A stretch of DNA of 64,000 nt, from the NCBI GenBank assembly GCA_015063845.1, contig SVTJ01000010.1, positions 9,846 to 73,845 of the forward strand, read 5' to 3'. The translations under genes were made by a program, and so were the position numbers. Each line of letters starts with the position of its first letter. Positions within the stretch are counted from its first letter, which is position 1. The notes below the pieces were generated by a model that saw nothing but the letters and a program-made list of their open reading frames with translations, had not been told where the DNA came from and searched no databases. This document shows, one piece after another, positions 18,567 through 29,020 of this stretch. The stretch is from Oscillospiraceae bacterium. GTDB lineage: Bacteria > Bacillota > Clostridia > Oscillospirales > CAG-272.

Positions 18567-19130
18567 TTAATTCTCTCCCGACAAGTGTCTTGTACGTACA
18601 CCCTGGTATACGTCTGTAAGCATATCGCTGATAAGCTCCCATTCGAGCGGCAAAAACGAGGTAGCGAGCATCGTTCCTATTCCGTGAACGCACGTCCACA
18701 TTTCAAGATGCATAAGCCTCGCCTTTTCCCACCCGATGCCGTTAGCCTTCATTATCATTTCGACGGAAGCGTCAAAATCGGGGCCGTGCGTCAGCTCCTT
18801 ACCCTCTCTGTCACACATAAACAGCATCTTAAAAAGGTGCTTTTCCTCGCTGGCAAAGCGGATATACGCCATTCCAAACGACTTATATTGCGGATATTTA
18901 CCGCTCTCTGTCTCGCGCTTCAAAAAACCGAGATACTCCTCGTAAGCGGCGGCATTCACTGCGTCTTGCAGCTCATCCATCGTAGCAAAATTTGAGAACA
19001 CTGGCTGTGTGGAGCAACCGAGCGCCTTTGCTATGCTTCTTGCGTTCAGCGCATCCGCTCCGCTCTCTCTGACTATCTCAAGCGCTGTATTTATTATGTC
19101 CTCTTTACTTATCCTCACTTTAGGCGGCAT
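18567..19130 (-). CDS. TetR-family regulator (WHG-type)
   Basis: N-terminal HTH ARSIAKALGCSTQPVF; WTCVHG. Confidence 0.9.
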   Translation of the reverse strand: MPPKVRISKEDIINTALEIVRESGADALNARSIAKALGCSTQPVFSNFATMDELQDAVNAAAYEEYLGFLKRETESGKYPQYKSFGMAYIRFASEEKHLFKMLFMCDREGKELTHGPDFDASVEMIMKANGIGWEKARLMHLEMWTCVHGIGTMLATSFLPLEWELISDMLTDVYQGVRTRHLSGEN

Positions 19131-19234
19131 ATTTTCTCCTTTATATATCATATGTTATATATCGAATGTTATTTTATCATAAGCAGCTCGACTTGTCAAT
19201 AGCAAAACAAAAAATGGAGAAAAATTTCTCCATT

Positions 19235-19777
19235 TTATGCTTTCATATATTCCTCACCGTTGTCAAGGCGACGGAAGGAAAACTCTCCGTTTTCATACAG
19301 TATAAATCCCTTAGGGGTATTCTCTTTCGGTATAGCCACCGAGCCCGGGTTTATATAGAGATTGTTGTTGCCAAACGGCTTCGCCGCACTTACGTGCGTG
19401 TGTCCGCAGACCAGCACGTCCCCCGCACGCAGAGGTGGCGGATTATCAAAGCCGTTTTTGTGACCGTGTGTCAAAAACAGTCTTTTGCTGTCTGCCTCAA
19501 TAAATGCATACTCCGCGAGCACGGGAAAAGCCAGCACCATCTGGTCGACCTCAGCTTCGCAGTTGCCTCTCACGCACAAAATGTCGTCCTTTAGTGAGTT
19601 GAGAAGCTCTATCACCTTTTTGGGCGCATAGCCTGCGGGCAGGTCGTTTCTCGGACCGTGATACAGCAGGTCGCCGAGAAGCACCAAGCGGTCGGCTCTC
19701 GCCCATTTGTAATGCTCAACAAGAGATTTTGCCGCGTCAAAATCACCGTGTATGTCTGATGCTATTATAAGTCTCAT
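19235..19777 (-). CDS. yfcE: YfcE-type metallophosphodiesterase
   Basis: SDIHG, LGDLLYHGPRN, RGNCE, HGH, GHTH, NPGS. Confidence 0.9.
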   Translation of the reverse strand: MRLIIASDIHGDFDAAKSLVEHYKWARADRLVLLGDLLYHGPRNDLPAGYAPKKVIELLNSLKDDILCVRGNCEAEVDQMVLAFPVLAEYAFIEADSKRLFLTHGHKNGFDNPPPLRAGDVLVCGHTHVSAAKPFGNNNLYINPGSVAIPKENTPKGFILYENGEFSFRRLDNGEEYMKA

Positions 19778-21027
19778 TATCTTACACTTCCGTTTCCGTT
19801 TATCAAATACTTTTCCGTGGTAAGCGCGCTAAGTCCCATCGGGCCTCTGACGTGCAGCTTTTGTGTGGAAATACCTATCTCCGCGCCAAAGCCGAACTCA
19901 CCGCCGTCGGTAAATCTCGTGGATGCGTTGACGTATACCGCCGCAGAGTTTACCTCTTTCTGAAATCTTTCAGCGTTTTCTCCGTTCGAGGTAACTATCG
20001 CTTCGCTGTGCGCCGTGCTGTGCTTATTTATATGAACTATGGCATCGCTGATGGTATCGACCACGCGCACCGCAACGATAAAATCATTATATTCCGTATA
20101 ATAATCCTCGTCAGTTGCCTCTTTTGCCTCGGGAAGCAAAACACACGTCTTGGCGCAACCACGTATCTCGACGCTATACTCACTCATAGCCTTCGCGAAG
20201 GCAGGCAAAAACTTTGCCGCAACGCTTGCGTGAACGAGCACTGTTTCGATAGCGTTGCACACCGACGGGCGAGAGCACTTCGCGTTGACAGCTATTTTGA
20301 CCGCCATATCTATATCCGCGCTGTCGTCAATGTAAAGGTGGCAATTTCCCGCGCCTGTTTCTATGACGGGAACGGTAGCGTTCTCGGTAACGCTTTTGAT
20401 AAGTCCCTTACCGCCACGGGGAATAAGCACGTCTATGCTTCCTCTCATGGTCATGAGCACATTCGCGCTCTCACGCTCGGTATTGGTGATAAGCTCCACG
20501 CAATGAGGATCTAAGCCGCAATCGTCCAAAGCGGACTTTATGGTGTCGACCACCGCCATATTGGTATTTATCGCCTCTTTACCGCCGCGCAGCACCACCG
20601 CGTTGCCCGTCTTAAGGCACAGCACCGCCGAATCCACAGTAACGTTTGGGCGAGCCTCGTAAATAATGCCCACGACACCGAGCGGCACTCTCACTCTTCG
20701 TATGGTAAGTCCCGAAGGACGCGTCCACTCCTCGCCCTTACCTATAGGATCGTCAAGCGCAGCTATATCGCGGATAGAGGCGCATATGGCATCTATTCTC
20801 GCCTCGGTCAGTTTAAGTCTGTCGAGCATAGTTGCGGGAACTCCGTTTTTATCCGCATTTTCAAGGTCAGCCGCATTCGCCGCCATTATCTTATCGGCAT
20901 CGTTCTTTATCGCATCCGCAATTTTGAGCAGCGCCTCGTTTTTGTTTTCCGTGCTTGCGAGCGCAAGTGACGTTGCCGCCGCTGCCGCGTTATCGCAGAG
21001 CATTTTTACCTCTTCGTATAAAGTCAT
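19777..21027 (-). CDS. proA: Gamma-glutamyl phosphate reductase
   Basis: VPLGVVGIIYEARPNVT, SVCNA, NASTRFTDG, GISTQKLH. Confidence 0.97.
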   Translation of the reverse strand: MTLYEEVKMLCDNAAAAATSLALASTENKNEALLKIADAIKNDADKIMAANAADLENADKNGVPATMLDRLKLTEARIDAICASIRDIAALDDPIGKGEEWTRPSGLTIRRVRVPLGVVGIIYEARPNVTVDSAVLCLKTGNAVVLRGGKEAINTNMAVVDTIKSALDDCGLDPHCVELITNTERESANVLMTMRGSIDVLIPRGGKGLIKSVTENATVPVIETGAGNCHLYIDDSADIDMAVKIAVNAKCSRPSVCNAIETVLVHASVAAKFLPAFAKAMSEYSVEIRGCAKTCVLLPEAKEATDEDYYTEYNDFIVAVRVVDTISDAIVHINKHSTAHSEAIVTSNGENAERFQKEVNSAAVYVNASTRFTDGGEFGFGAEIGISTQKLHVRGPMGLSALTTEKYLINGNGSVR

Positions 21028-21029
21028 TT

Positions 21030-21539
21030 TTATTCTCCGTCGTTTTTTGTGTATGCGCGCTCTATCTCCCAGACGTACATTCTGTGATAGTCGCCGTTTT
21101 TATAATTTGAAAGCAAACTCTTGTCAATAAATCCGCTCTCGCAGAGGTCGCCAACGTAAAGCTTTTTGCAGATAAGAACAAGTCTTGCCTCGCTTATCAC
21201 GGGCACGCCGTCCATCTCTTTTGCGCAAAGCCCCGCAAGCATGAGCTTGTCGCAATCGCGTCCGCTTTTTGTTCCGCAAATATTCAAAGCTCCTCTATAC
21301 TGCTCGTCGAGAAAGGCAAGTGACACTCTGTCCTCTGTCTCGGCAAGACCGAACGTATATCTTTGCGGGCGTATAAATCCAACTGCCACGGGTCTGTTCC
21401 AAAGCACGCCCATACAGCCCCAGCTTGCTGTCATTGCATTTGTACGCTCACCGTCTCTCGCGGTTATGAGCATCCAATCCTTGCCTATAAGCTTGAGCGC
21501 ATTTTCAAGCTCATACGGCGATACTTCTTTAAAACTCAT
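21030..21539 (-). CDS. Flavin reductase-like protein
   Basis: WMLITA, NAMTASWG, RPQRYT, GTKSGRD. Confidence 0.88.
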   Translation of the reverse strand: MSFKEVSPYELENALKLIGKDWMLITARDGERTNAMTASWGCMGVLWNRPVAVGFIRPQRYTFGLAETEDRVSLAFLDEQYRGALNICGTKSGRDCDKLMLAGLCAKEMDGVPVISEARLVLICKKLYVGDLCESGFIDKSLLSNYKNGDYHRMYVWEIERAYTKNDGE

Positions 21540-21746
21540 ATATTCTCCCTCCGAAATAAAGGTTATATCTACATAAAATTATATATATATGATAACAAAA
21601 AAATGCCTTTCCGTCAAGTTTTTGCTCACAAGTTATCAAAATGTTACAAGATATATAATAAATATTTAGAGAAAATCAAAAAAATCAATTCAATGCGGTG
21701 ATATAATTTATTTATTCCCAAAACACCAAACGCGAAAGGCATTACT

Positions 21747-22781
21747 ATGGAAAAGAATATCAAATTTATAAGAAAGCTCCCCATTCCTATGGACCTTAAG
21801 GAGCAGTTCCCTCTCAAGGCTGAATATGCCGCAAAAAAGGTCGAGCGTGACGCTGAGATAGAAGACATTTTCACGGGCAAGTCGAACAAGCTCGTGCTTG
21901 TTATCGGTCCTTGCTCCGCAGATAGAGAGGATGCTGTTCTTGATTATATCAACCGTCTTGCCTCTGTCCAGGAAAAGGTAAGCGACAAGATACTTATAAT
22001 ACCGAGAATATATACGAACAAGCCCCGTACAACGGGCGACGGCTATAAGGGAATGCTCCACCAGCCAAACCCCAATGCAGTGGAAGATATGCTTGAGGGC
22101 ATAATCGCTATCCGCCGTCTTCACACAAAGGCAATCGAGGAAACAGGCTTTTTCTGTGCCGATGAGATGCTCTATCCCGAAAATTACAGATATCTCTCCG
22201 ACCTGCTCGCGTACGTTGCTGTCGGAGCTCGCTCCACAGAAAACCAGCAGCACCGCCTCGTTGCGAGCGGTATAGATATTCCCGTCGGTATGAAAAACCC
22301 CACGTGCGGAGACATATCCGTTATGCTAAACTCCATAACCGCAGGTCAGCACCCCCACACCTTCCTTTACCGTGGCTGGGAATGCGTTTCCTCGGGAAAT
22401 CCGCTCACTCACGCGATACTCCGCGGATACGTAAACAAGCACGGCGAATCTCTCCCCAACTACCATTACGAGGATCTTATACATCTCTATGATGAATACC
22501 AAAAGAGAAATCTTCAGAATATGGCGGTCATCGTTGACGCAAACCACGCGAACTCGGGCAAGAAGTACGCAGAGCAAGGCAGAATATGCAAAGAGGTACT
22601 TCATGCGTGCCGCCATTCGAGCGAGGTAAAATCCATCGTCAAGGGCTTTATGATAGAGAGCTATATTGAGGACGGAGCACAGAAGATAGGCGAGGGAGTT
22701 TACGGCAAGTCGATAACCGACCCCTGCCTTGGCTGGGCAAAGACCGAACGCCTTATCTACGATCTGGCTGAGCTTGTGTAA
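21747..22781 (+). CDS. DAHP synthase (type I-alpha, AroF/G/H-like)
   Basis: IGPCS, KPRT, VGARS, GMKN, DANHANS, SITDPC. Confidence 0.95.
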   Translation: MEKNIKFIRKLPIPMDLKEQFPLKAEYAAKKVERDAEIEDIFTGKSNKLVLVIGPCSADREDAVLDYINRLASVQEKVSDKILIIPRIYTNKPRTTGDGYKGMLHQPNPNAVEDMLEGIIAIRRLHTKAIEETGFFCADEMLYPENYRYLSDLLAYVAVGARSTENQQHRLVASGIDIPVGMKNPTCGDISVMLNSITAGQHPHTFLYRGWECVSSGNPLTHAILRGYVNKHGESLPNYHYEDLIHLYDEYQKRNLQNMAVIVDANHANSGKKYAEQGRICKEVLHACRHSSEVKSIVKGFMIESYIEDGAQKIGEGVYGKSITDPCLGWAKTERLIYDLAELV

Positions 22782-22828
22782 AACGATAGGGAAAACTTCT
22801 TTTTACTTGGAAGTTTTCCTTTTTTACA

Positions 22829-22857
22829 TTGACAAATCTACCTATTTGGGGTATAAT
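22829..22857 (+). promoter_or_regulatory. Sigma-A promoter of GH2 gene
   Basis: TTGACA-17-TATAAT. Confidence 0.75.
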
Positions 22858-22893
22858 CAAATCAATGAATGACACTAAAAGGAGACGTAAGAA

Positions 22894-25212
22894 ATGAGCG
22901 AAAAGATCTTCGCCTTGCCAAAAGCTTGGCGGCTTTATATGGCGCCCAACAAAGAGGTGGTAAACTCAAGCATCGCCCCCACCACCGCAAAGGAGCTTGA
23001 GGGCATTGGATACCCCGCTATCCCCGCGACCGTACCGGGTTGCTTCGAGCTCGACCTTATTGCGGCAGGCCTTGCGCCCGACCCCTATTATTCTCAGAAT
23101 TGTTGGGAATTTCAAAAATATGAAAACAGACATCTGTGGTATACCACCAAGTTTTCATATGACGCAAAAGTAACTAAGGATACCTTTATCCGCTTTGAAG
23201 GCATAGATACTATCGCCGATGTCTATATAAACGGCAAGCTTCTCGGAAGAGTGAAGAATATGCTCATCTCTCACGAGTTTTGCGCCGACGGATTTTTAAA
23301 CAAGGGCGAGAACGAGATAGTAGTCCACATAATTCCCGTGACTATTTACGCAAGACGCTTCCCTCTCACGGGTAACACCATAGCGCAGAAATACAACGCT
23401 TCCGCTCTCCATATCCGCAAGGCGGCGTATATGTACGGCTGGGATATCATGCCTCGCTTTGTGTCTGGCGGCATTTGGAAGCCTGTCAGCATAGTTCAAA
23501 AGCCCGCCGAAAGACTTGACGAGGTATATCTTTACACTCAGGCGCTTTCAAGCAGCACCCCCGATGCTTACACTCGCGTTTTTTTCTCCTTTAACACCGA
23601 CGAGGACGACCTTTCCCAGTTCACCGTCGACGTAAGCGGAAAATGCGGAGATTCCGAATTCAAAAAGAGCTACACGCCTTGGCATACCTATGAGTCACAC
23701 AGAATAAGAGTTGTGAACGCAAAGCTCTGGTATCCGAGAAATGCAGGTGAGCAGAATCTTTATGACGTCACCGTGCGTCTTTTGAAAAACGGAGAGCTGT
23801 GCGACGAGAGAACGCTTAAGTTCGGTATAAGGACCGCTGAGCTTATCAGAACGTCCACCACCGACGAGAACGGCAACGGAGAATTTGTTTTTAAGATAAA
23901 CGGCAAAAAGATATTCTGTATGGGCACAAACTGGGTACCGCTCGATGCGTTCCCCTGCCGTCATAAGGACTATCTTGACCGCGGTCTTGAAATGCTCGAT
24001 GACCTCGGCTGCAATATGGTGCGCTGCTGGGGCGGAAACATCTACGAAGCGGACGAATTCTACGACTTCTGCGATGAGCACGGTATTCTTGTATGGCAGG
24101 ACTTCGGCATGGGCTGCGCCGTATATCCGCAGAGCGATGAGTTTGCCGCAAAGATCCGTGACGAGGCGATTTGCGTAGTAAAGAGACTTCGCAATCGCGC
24201 GTCTATCGTACTTTGGGCAGGCGACAACGAAAATGACCTTTTCGGTGGCAAGCTGATAGACCCCAACCAAAACAGACTTACTCGCGAGATACTGCCAAGA
24301 GTAATATACGAGCACGACCCCATAAGACCTTACATCCCCTCGTCTCCGTACGTTGACGAGGAGGCGTTTGCCACCAAGAAAAAGACCACCGAGGAGCATC
24401 TCTGGGGTCCTCGCGACTACTTCAAGGGCAATTTCTACAAAAACAGCGTTTGCCATTTCGCTTCGGAAACGGGATACCACGGCTGCCCCTCTCCCTCGTC
24501 GGTCAAGAGCTTTATCGCGCCCGACAAGGTTTGGCCGTTTACAGATGAGAGCGGCATTCCGAATGACGATTGGATATGTCACGCGGCAGAGATGCAAAAA
24601 GGCACTGACGGTCCTTACGCATACCGCATAAATCTTATGGCAAGTCAGGTAAAGACGCTCTTTGGGTCAATGCCCGACAGCTTCGACGACTTTGCAAAGC
24701 AGAGCCAGATATCTCAGGCAGAGGCAAAGAAGTATTTTATAGAGCGTTTCAGACTTTCCAAGTGGAGAAGAACTGGTATTCTTTGGTGGAACCTTATAGA
24801 CGGTTGGCCTCAGTTCTCCGATGCTATCGTTGACTGGTACGGCACAAAGAAGCTTGCATACCACTATATCAAGCGTTCGCAAGCACCCGTTTGCCTTATG
24901 TTTGACGAGCCGCACGACGGCGTTCTCGACCTCTATGCAGTGAACGACACCGCAAGCGACGCCCATCTGCGCTTCAAGGTAACAAATCTTTCCACGGGTG
25001 AGCAAATAGCCGCAGGAGAAGTAGATGCGCTTGCTGACAGCTCACTTATCGCTACGACTGTTACCACGCCCGAGAGCGGTATGCTCTATATTGAGTGGGA
25101 AGGAGACAAGAGCGGCCGCAACCACTACTCAACGCAAACGCTCGATATCTCCTACGAGCAGTATATCAAGGACATCACCGCAGTAGGCTTTGACGAGTTT
25201 GAAGGATTTTAA
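22894..25212 (+). CDS. GH2 beta-mannosidase-like glycosidase (no signal peptide)
   Basis: FEGIDT, RKAAYMYGWD, GTNWVP, RCWGG, WQDF, WAGDNEN, ASETG. Confidence 0.9.
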   Translation: MSEKIFALPKAWRLYMAPNKEVVNSSIAPTTAKELEGIGYPAIPATVPGCFELDLIAAGLAPDPYYSQNCWEFQKYENRHLWYTTKFSYDAKVTKDTFIRFEGIDTIADVYINGKLLGRVKNMLISHEFCADGFLNKGENEIVVHIIPVTIYARRFPLTGNTIAQKYNASALHIRKAAYMYGWDIMPRFVSGGIWKPVSIVQKPAERLDEVYLYTQALSSSTPDAYTRVFFSFNTDEDDLSQFTVDVSGKCGDSEFKKSYTPWHTYESHRIRVVNAKLWYPRNAGEQNLYDVTVRLLKNGELCDERTLKFGIRTAELIRTSTTDENGNGEFVFKINGKKIFCMGTNWVPLDAFPCRHKDYLDRGLEMLDDLGCNMVRCWGGNIYEADEFYDFCDEHGILVWQDFGMGCAVYPQSDEFAAKIRDEAICVVKRLRNRASIVLWAGDNENDLFGGKLIDPNQNRLTREILPRVIYEHDPIRPYIPSSPYVDEEAFATKKKTTEEHLWGPRDYFKGNFYKNSVCHFASETGYHGCPSPSSVKSFIAPDKVWPFTDESGIPNDDWICHAAEMQKGTDGPYAYRINLMASQVKTLFGSMPDSFDDFAKQSQISQAEAKKYFIERFRLSKWRRTGILWWNLIDGWPQFSDAIVDWYGTKKLAYHYIKRSQAPVCLMFDEPHDGVLDLYAVNDTASDAHLRFKVTNLSTGEQIAAGEVDALADSSLIATTVTTPESGMLYIEWEGDKSGRNHYSTQTLDISYEQYIKDITAVGFDEFEGF

Positions 25213-25223
25213 ATAACAAAAAA

Positions 25224-25253
25224 GAGGGGACTTTCTTAAAAGAAAGTCCCCTC
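25224..25253. repeat. Intergenic palindromic repeat copy 2 / bidirectional terminator
   Basis: GAGGGGACTTTCTT-AA-AAGAAAGTCCCCTC between convergent genes. Confidence 0.7.
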
Positions 25254-25262
25254 AAATTGTTT

Positions 25263-26429
25263 TTATACTTCACCAAACGCCTTGAGCGCTTCGTATGCGG
25301 TAAGAGCCATTGCCTTAGAGCCGTTATAGCTCGGGTGCAGATGGTCTCCGCTATCGAAATCAAGCGTCATATGGCGAGGCATATTGGGATCCTCTACCGA
25401 CTTTTCAAAATCGACGTATCCATCAGCCTCTGTATTTGTTCTTATCCACTCGTTAAGAGCGTCGAATCTCTCTATCTTGCCCTCGTACTGAGTCTCGAGC
25501 GGATAGCAAGGAAGAAGTGTCGCAAAGTATATCTTTATTCCGTACTCGTGCGCCTTTTTTACATAGTATCTATATCCCTCGATGACCTCCTCTGCGGTGG
25601 GCAGTTCATCAACACCGCTGAAGGGATTGTTGGGACGCGGATGCCACAGGTCGTTGATACCCTCAAGCACAACTACCGCGCTGACGCCCGCCGTCTTACA
25701 AACGTCCTGCTCAAATCTCTTTATACCCGCAGGACCGTACGTACGTTTCATAATGCAAGAATACTCTCGGAGCACTCTGTTTCCGCCGATGGCTCTGCGA
25801 ATGACCGCATGCTTGCCGTTTGCGTCTGTGTTGAGATGGCGGTTGACCATATCGGGCCAAGGACGAGCCGTTATAGAGTCGCCGAAGGCAACTATCGCGC
25901 TGTGGTCCTCGTCACAAAGAAAATCTATGGTGTTAAGGAAGAAGTAAGCACAGCCGTCCGCATACTTCTCAAGCGGTATCGACGCCGTATCCGTGTAATT
26001 TCCTCTTACATATATCTTCTGGATAAAGTTTCCACCGTTGGAGTGTCCCGTAGTTCTGTCGGTAGGCTTATCAAAATATATGCTGACGCATATTTTTTTG
26101 TCTGCCGTGACCTCAAAATCTATCTCATCACTTACCGCATCGACCTGATGCGCGCTCATAACGAGACGTCTGCCGCCTCCAAACGTAACGGGTGTTATGG
26201 TATTCGCCTCAACGTTGACCGCATCTATGTTCTGAGCAACAGATACTGCCGCTATCTCGACTGCCTCATTTCCCAAAAGATTGGAGAAGTGCAGTCTTAT
26301 TTTTTTTGTGTTCATCGTGGGAATAATGACGTAACGGCAGGTCGTGTTCTCTATCTTATCGGAAAGTCCGTAAGAGGTGTAAGACGTTGCCGCTCCCCAG
26401 CCTGCTACCCATTTTTTGTTTGCTTCCAT
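25263..26429 (-). CDS. SGNH/GDSL esterase (no signal peptide)
   Basis: FGDSIT, IGGN, LEGIND, DHLHP. Confidence 0.9.
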   Translation of the reverse strand: MEANKKWVAGWGAATSYTSYGLSDKIENTTCRYVIIPTMNTKKIRLHFSNLLGNEAVEIAAVSVAQNIDAVNVEANTITPVTFGGGRRLVMSAHQVDAVSDEIDFEVTADKKICVSIYFDKPTDRTTGHSNGGNFIQKIYVRGNYTDTASIPLEKYADGCAYFFLNTIDFLCDEDHSAIVAFGDSITARPWPDMVNRHLNTDANGKHAVIRRAIGGNRVLREYSCIMKRTYGPAGIKRFEQDVCKTAGVSAVVVLEGINDLWHPRPNNPFSGVDELPTAEEVIEGYRYYVKKAHEYGIKIYFATLLPCYPLETQYEGKIERFDALNEWIRTNTEADGYVDFEKSVEDPNMPRHMTLDFDSGDHLHPSYNGSKAMALTAYEALKAFGEV

Positions 26430-26443
26430 GTTTTGTTCCTCTT

Positions 26444-27742
26444 TTATTTTCCGAGCATTTCCTTAACGATAGGATCTATCAAGCCATTAATGATCTGCGC
26501 GTATCTGGTATATCCTTGATCGTCGGGGTGTAGGCCGTCGGGGTACACAATATCAAAGCTCTTTTGTGTTTCCTTAAACATATTGAGGTGATCAAGTCCA
26601 AGCTTTGTAGCAGCAGCCTTTTGATATCCGCGAATATACGTTGACATTGCGTCTTCAAAAGAATTATACGCTATAGGGCAGTTGAGAAGCGCAATTCTCA
26701 TATTGCCGTTCTTAGCCCTAAGATCGTTTACTATTTCTTCGCAGCTATCTATAAAGGTTTTCTTGTAAGAAGCCGTACCAAAATCATGGCCCGCCTTAGT
26801 TGCTCGTGCTTCATTCGAATCGTTAGTTCCAAGCATTATAAGCGCAAGGTCTATGTTAGGAGCATTGTTCATACAAGGCTGATAGTAATTGCATGCTGTC
26901 CATGCGTGGTTGGTTTCAGGTACACCGTCATTGTTTTCGTCCCATTTAAAATCAGTTATCATCGTTCTTCCGCCAAGACCGTAATTGTAAACGACCATAT
27001 CCTTCCAAGCAATTCTCTGAAGAACTGCGGGATAAGCGACGATATCACGACGAATGCTGTCGGAAACGGAAGACGTATAACCCGAAGGCTTGCTTCCGTT
27101 CGTAAGGCTATCGCCGATACAACCTACAACAAGCATATTGGCCTTTGCTCTTACGAGATATCCGGAGTTCACGTTCGCCTGCTCGGCGTTTTGCGCGAGA
27201 ACGTTGGCAATGAAGTCCTCTGCCGCGTGCCACGTAGCTCCGTAGCTGTTACCGCAAATGACTATCTTTCCGTTGTTTTCTCTGAAAACGTAGTCCTTGA
27301 CCGAGCTGAATGAGCTCAGCAATGTGTCAACAAGACCTCTGTTGGTAGAGCCGATAATTATCTCCTTATTGCCCTTCGGCTGCTCTTCGTCTCTTACCAC
27401 CTTGACGGTAGCGCCGAAGTGTGTCTTTATAAGCGCGGCGAGATTTTCAGCCGTCTGCTTATCATACTCGGTGTCCTGAGTTACAAGAGAAGGGTACTGC
27501 GCATAAACCGCTCTGTCGGGATTATACGCATAAACTATGGTGTACTCCGAAATATCAGTTCCTTTGATCTTAAGCGACGTAGGAATGATAGGGGGAGCTT
27601 CCTCCTCGGAAGGAGGAGTGGTATTATTATCCGTATTGCCGTCCGCAGGAGCATCGGTGACGGGTGCTTCCGTTTTATCGCAAGCAACCGCCATCGACAT
27701 TGCCATAACAAGGACAAGCATAAGTGCTATAAGCCTTTTCAT
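26444..27742 (-). CDS. SGNH esterase lipoprotein, paralog 3
   Basis: Lipobox AVA-C; shared N-terminal module; GDSLT, GLGG, MLGTND, DGLHP. Confidence 0.88.
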   Translation of the reverse strand: MKRLIALMLVLVMAMSMAVACDKTEAPVTDAPADGNTDNNTTPPSEEEAPPIIPTSLKIKGTDISEYTIVYAYNPDRAVYAQYPSLVTQDTEYDKQTAENLAALIKTHFGATVKVVRDEEQPKGNKEIIIGSTNRGLVDTLLSSFSSVKDYVFRENNGKIVICGNSYGATWHAAEDFIANVLAQNAEQANVNSGYLVRAKANMLVVGCIGDSLTNGSKPSGYTSSVSDSIRRDIVAYPAVLQRIAWKDMVVYNYGLGGRTMITDFKWDENNDGVPETNHAWTACNYYQPCMNNAPNIDLALIMLGTNDSNEARATKAGHDFGTASYKKTFIDSCEEIVNDLRAKNGNMRIALLNCPIAYNSFEDAMSTYIRGYQKAAATKLGLDHLNMFKETQKSFDIVYPDGLHPDDQGYTRYAQIINGLIDPIVKEMLGK

Positions 27743-27756
27743 AATCACTGCCTCTT

Positions 27757-29004
27757 TTATTTAGCGAGTATATCTTTTACTATGGGGGCGATCAGACCGT
27801 CAACGATCTGTGCGTACTTTGTATATCCCGTATCCGAGGGATGAAGTCCGTCGGGATAATCTGTACTCGTTGTCTTGTTCATCGTTTCCTTATACATATC
27901 AAGGTGGTGAAGTCCGAGCTTCTGAGCCGCTGCCTTCTGATAAGGACGGATATAAAGCATCATATCCGCCTCAAAAGAATGATAGGATACGGGACAGTTG
28001 AGCAACGCGATCTCCATATTAGAATTCTTTGCCTTGAGCTCGTTTACTATCTTTTCGCAGCTATTAATAAACGTATTCTTATAAGCTGTCGTTCCAAAAT
28101 TGTAGCCTGCATCCTTTGCGCGGCTAGAATTGGAGTCGTTTGTTCCAAGCATTATAAGCGCAAGGTCTATATTAGCCGCGTTATCCATACAAGGCTGATA
28201 GTATGTAGAAGAGGTCCAGCCGTGGTTACCCGAACCGTCGGTCCAAACGAAATTCTCTATCATAGTTCTTCCGCCCTGACCGTAGTTGTATACGACCATA
28301 TCCTTCCACTCGATACGCTGAAGCACTGCGGGATACGAAACTATCGCTCTGCGTGTGCTGTTGTCGGTTATGGTAGTACCCTTCGAGCCGCTTCCGTTTG
28401 TAATGCTATCGCCGATGCAACCGACAACTACCATTTTTGCCTTTGCTGACAAAGAATAGCCTGCTTTTACCTCAGCGACTGCCGCGTTCTGCGTGAGAAG
28501 ATCCGCTATAAAATCCTCTGCCGCGTGCCAAGTAGCTCCGTAGCTCTTTCCGCAAATTACTATTTTTCCACCGTTTTCCTTAACAGCGTAGTCCTTGACC
28601 GATGTAAACGAGCCAAGCGTTACGTCAACAAGACCTCTGTTGGTCATGCCGATAATTATCTCCTTATCGCCCTTTGCCTGCTCCTCGTCTCTTGCCACCT
28701 TAACGGTAGCGCCGAAATTAGTCTTTATGAGAGCGGCAAGGTTTTCAGCAGTCTGCTTATCGTACTCGGTATCCTGAGTTACAAGCTCGGGATACTGCGC
28801 ATAAAACGCTCTGTCGGGATTATACGCATAAACTATTGTATATTCGGAAATATCCACGCCGTTTATCTTAGCCGCGGTGGGGGTTATTGGGGCTTGCTCT
28901 TCCTCTGCCGCAGGAGCATCAGGCTGCGGAGCTTCGCTATCCGCGCATGCTACCAAAGCAAACGAGAGAATAAGCGCGAGCAATATAGAAACAATTTTTT
29001 TCAT
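27757..29004 (-). CDS. SGNH esterase lipoprotein, paralog 2
   Basis: Lipobox LVA-C; GDSIT, GQGG, MLGTND, DGLHP. Confidence 0.88.
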   Translation of the reverse strand: MKKIVSILLALILSFALVACADSEAPQPDAPAAEEEQAPITPTAAKINGVDISEYTIVYAYNPDRAFYAQYPELVTQDTEYDKQTAENLAALIKTNFGATVKVARDEEQAKGDKEIIIGMTNRGLVDVTLGSFTSVKDYAVKENGGKIVICGKSYGATWHAAEDFIADLLTQNAAVAEVKAGYSLSAKAKMVVVGCIGDSITNGSGSKGTTITDNSTRRAIVSYPAVLQRIEWKDMVVYNYGQGGRTMIENFVWTDGSGNHGWTSSTYYQPCMDNAANIDLALIMLGTNDSNSSRAKDAGYNFGTTAYKNTFINSCEKIVNELKAKNSNMEIALLNCPVSYHSFEADMMLYIRPYQKAAAQKLGLHHLDMYKETMNKTTSTDYPDGLHPSDTGYTKYAQIVDGLIAPIVKDILAK

Positions 29005-29020
29005 TGTGTTCTATCTCCTT

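Noticed and set aside
19777-21027. proA without adjacent proB
   Set aside because: Split pro genes are common; not informative from this window alone
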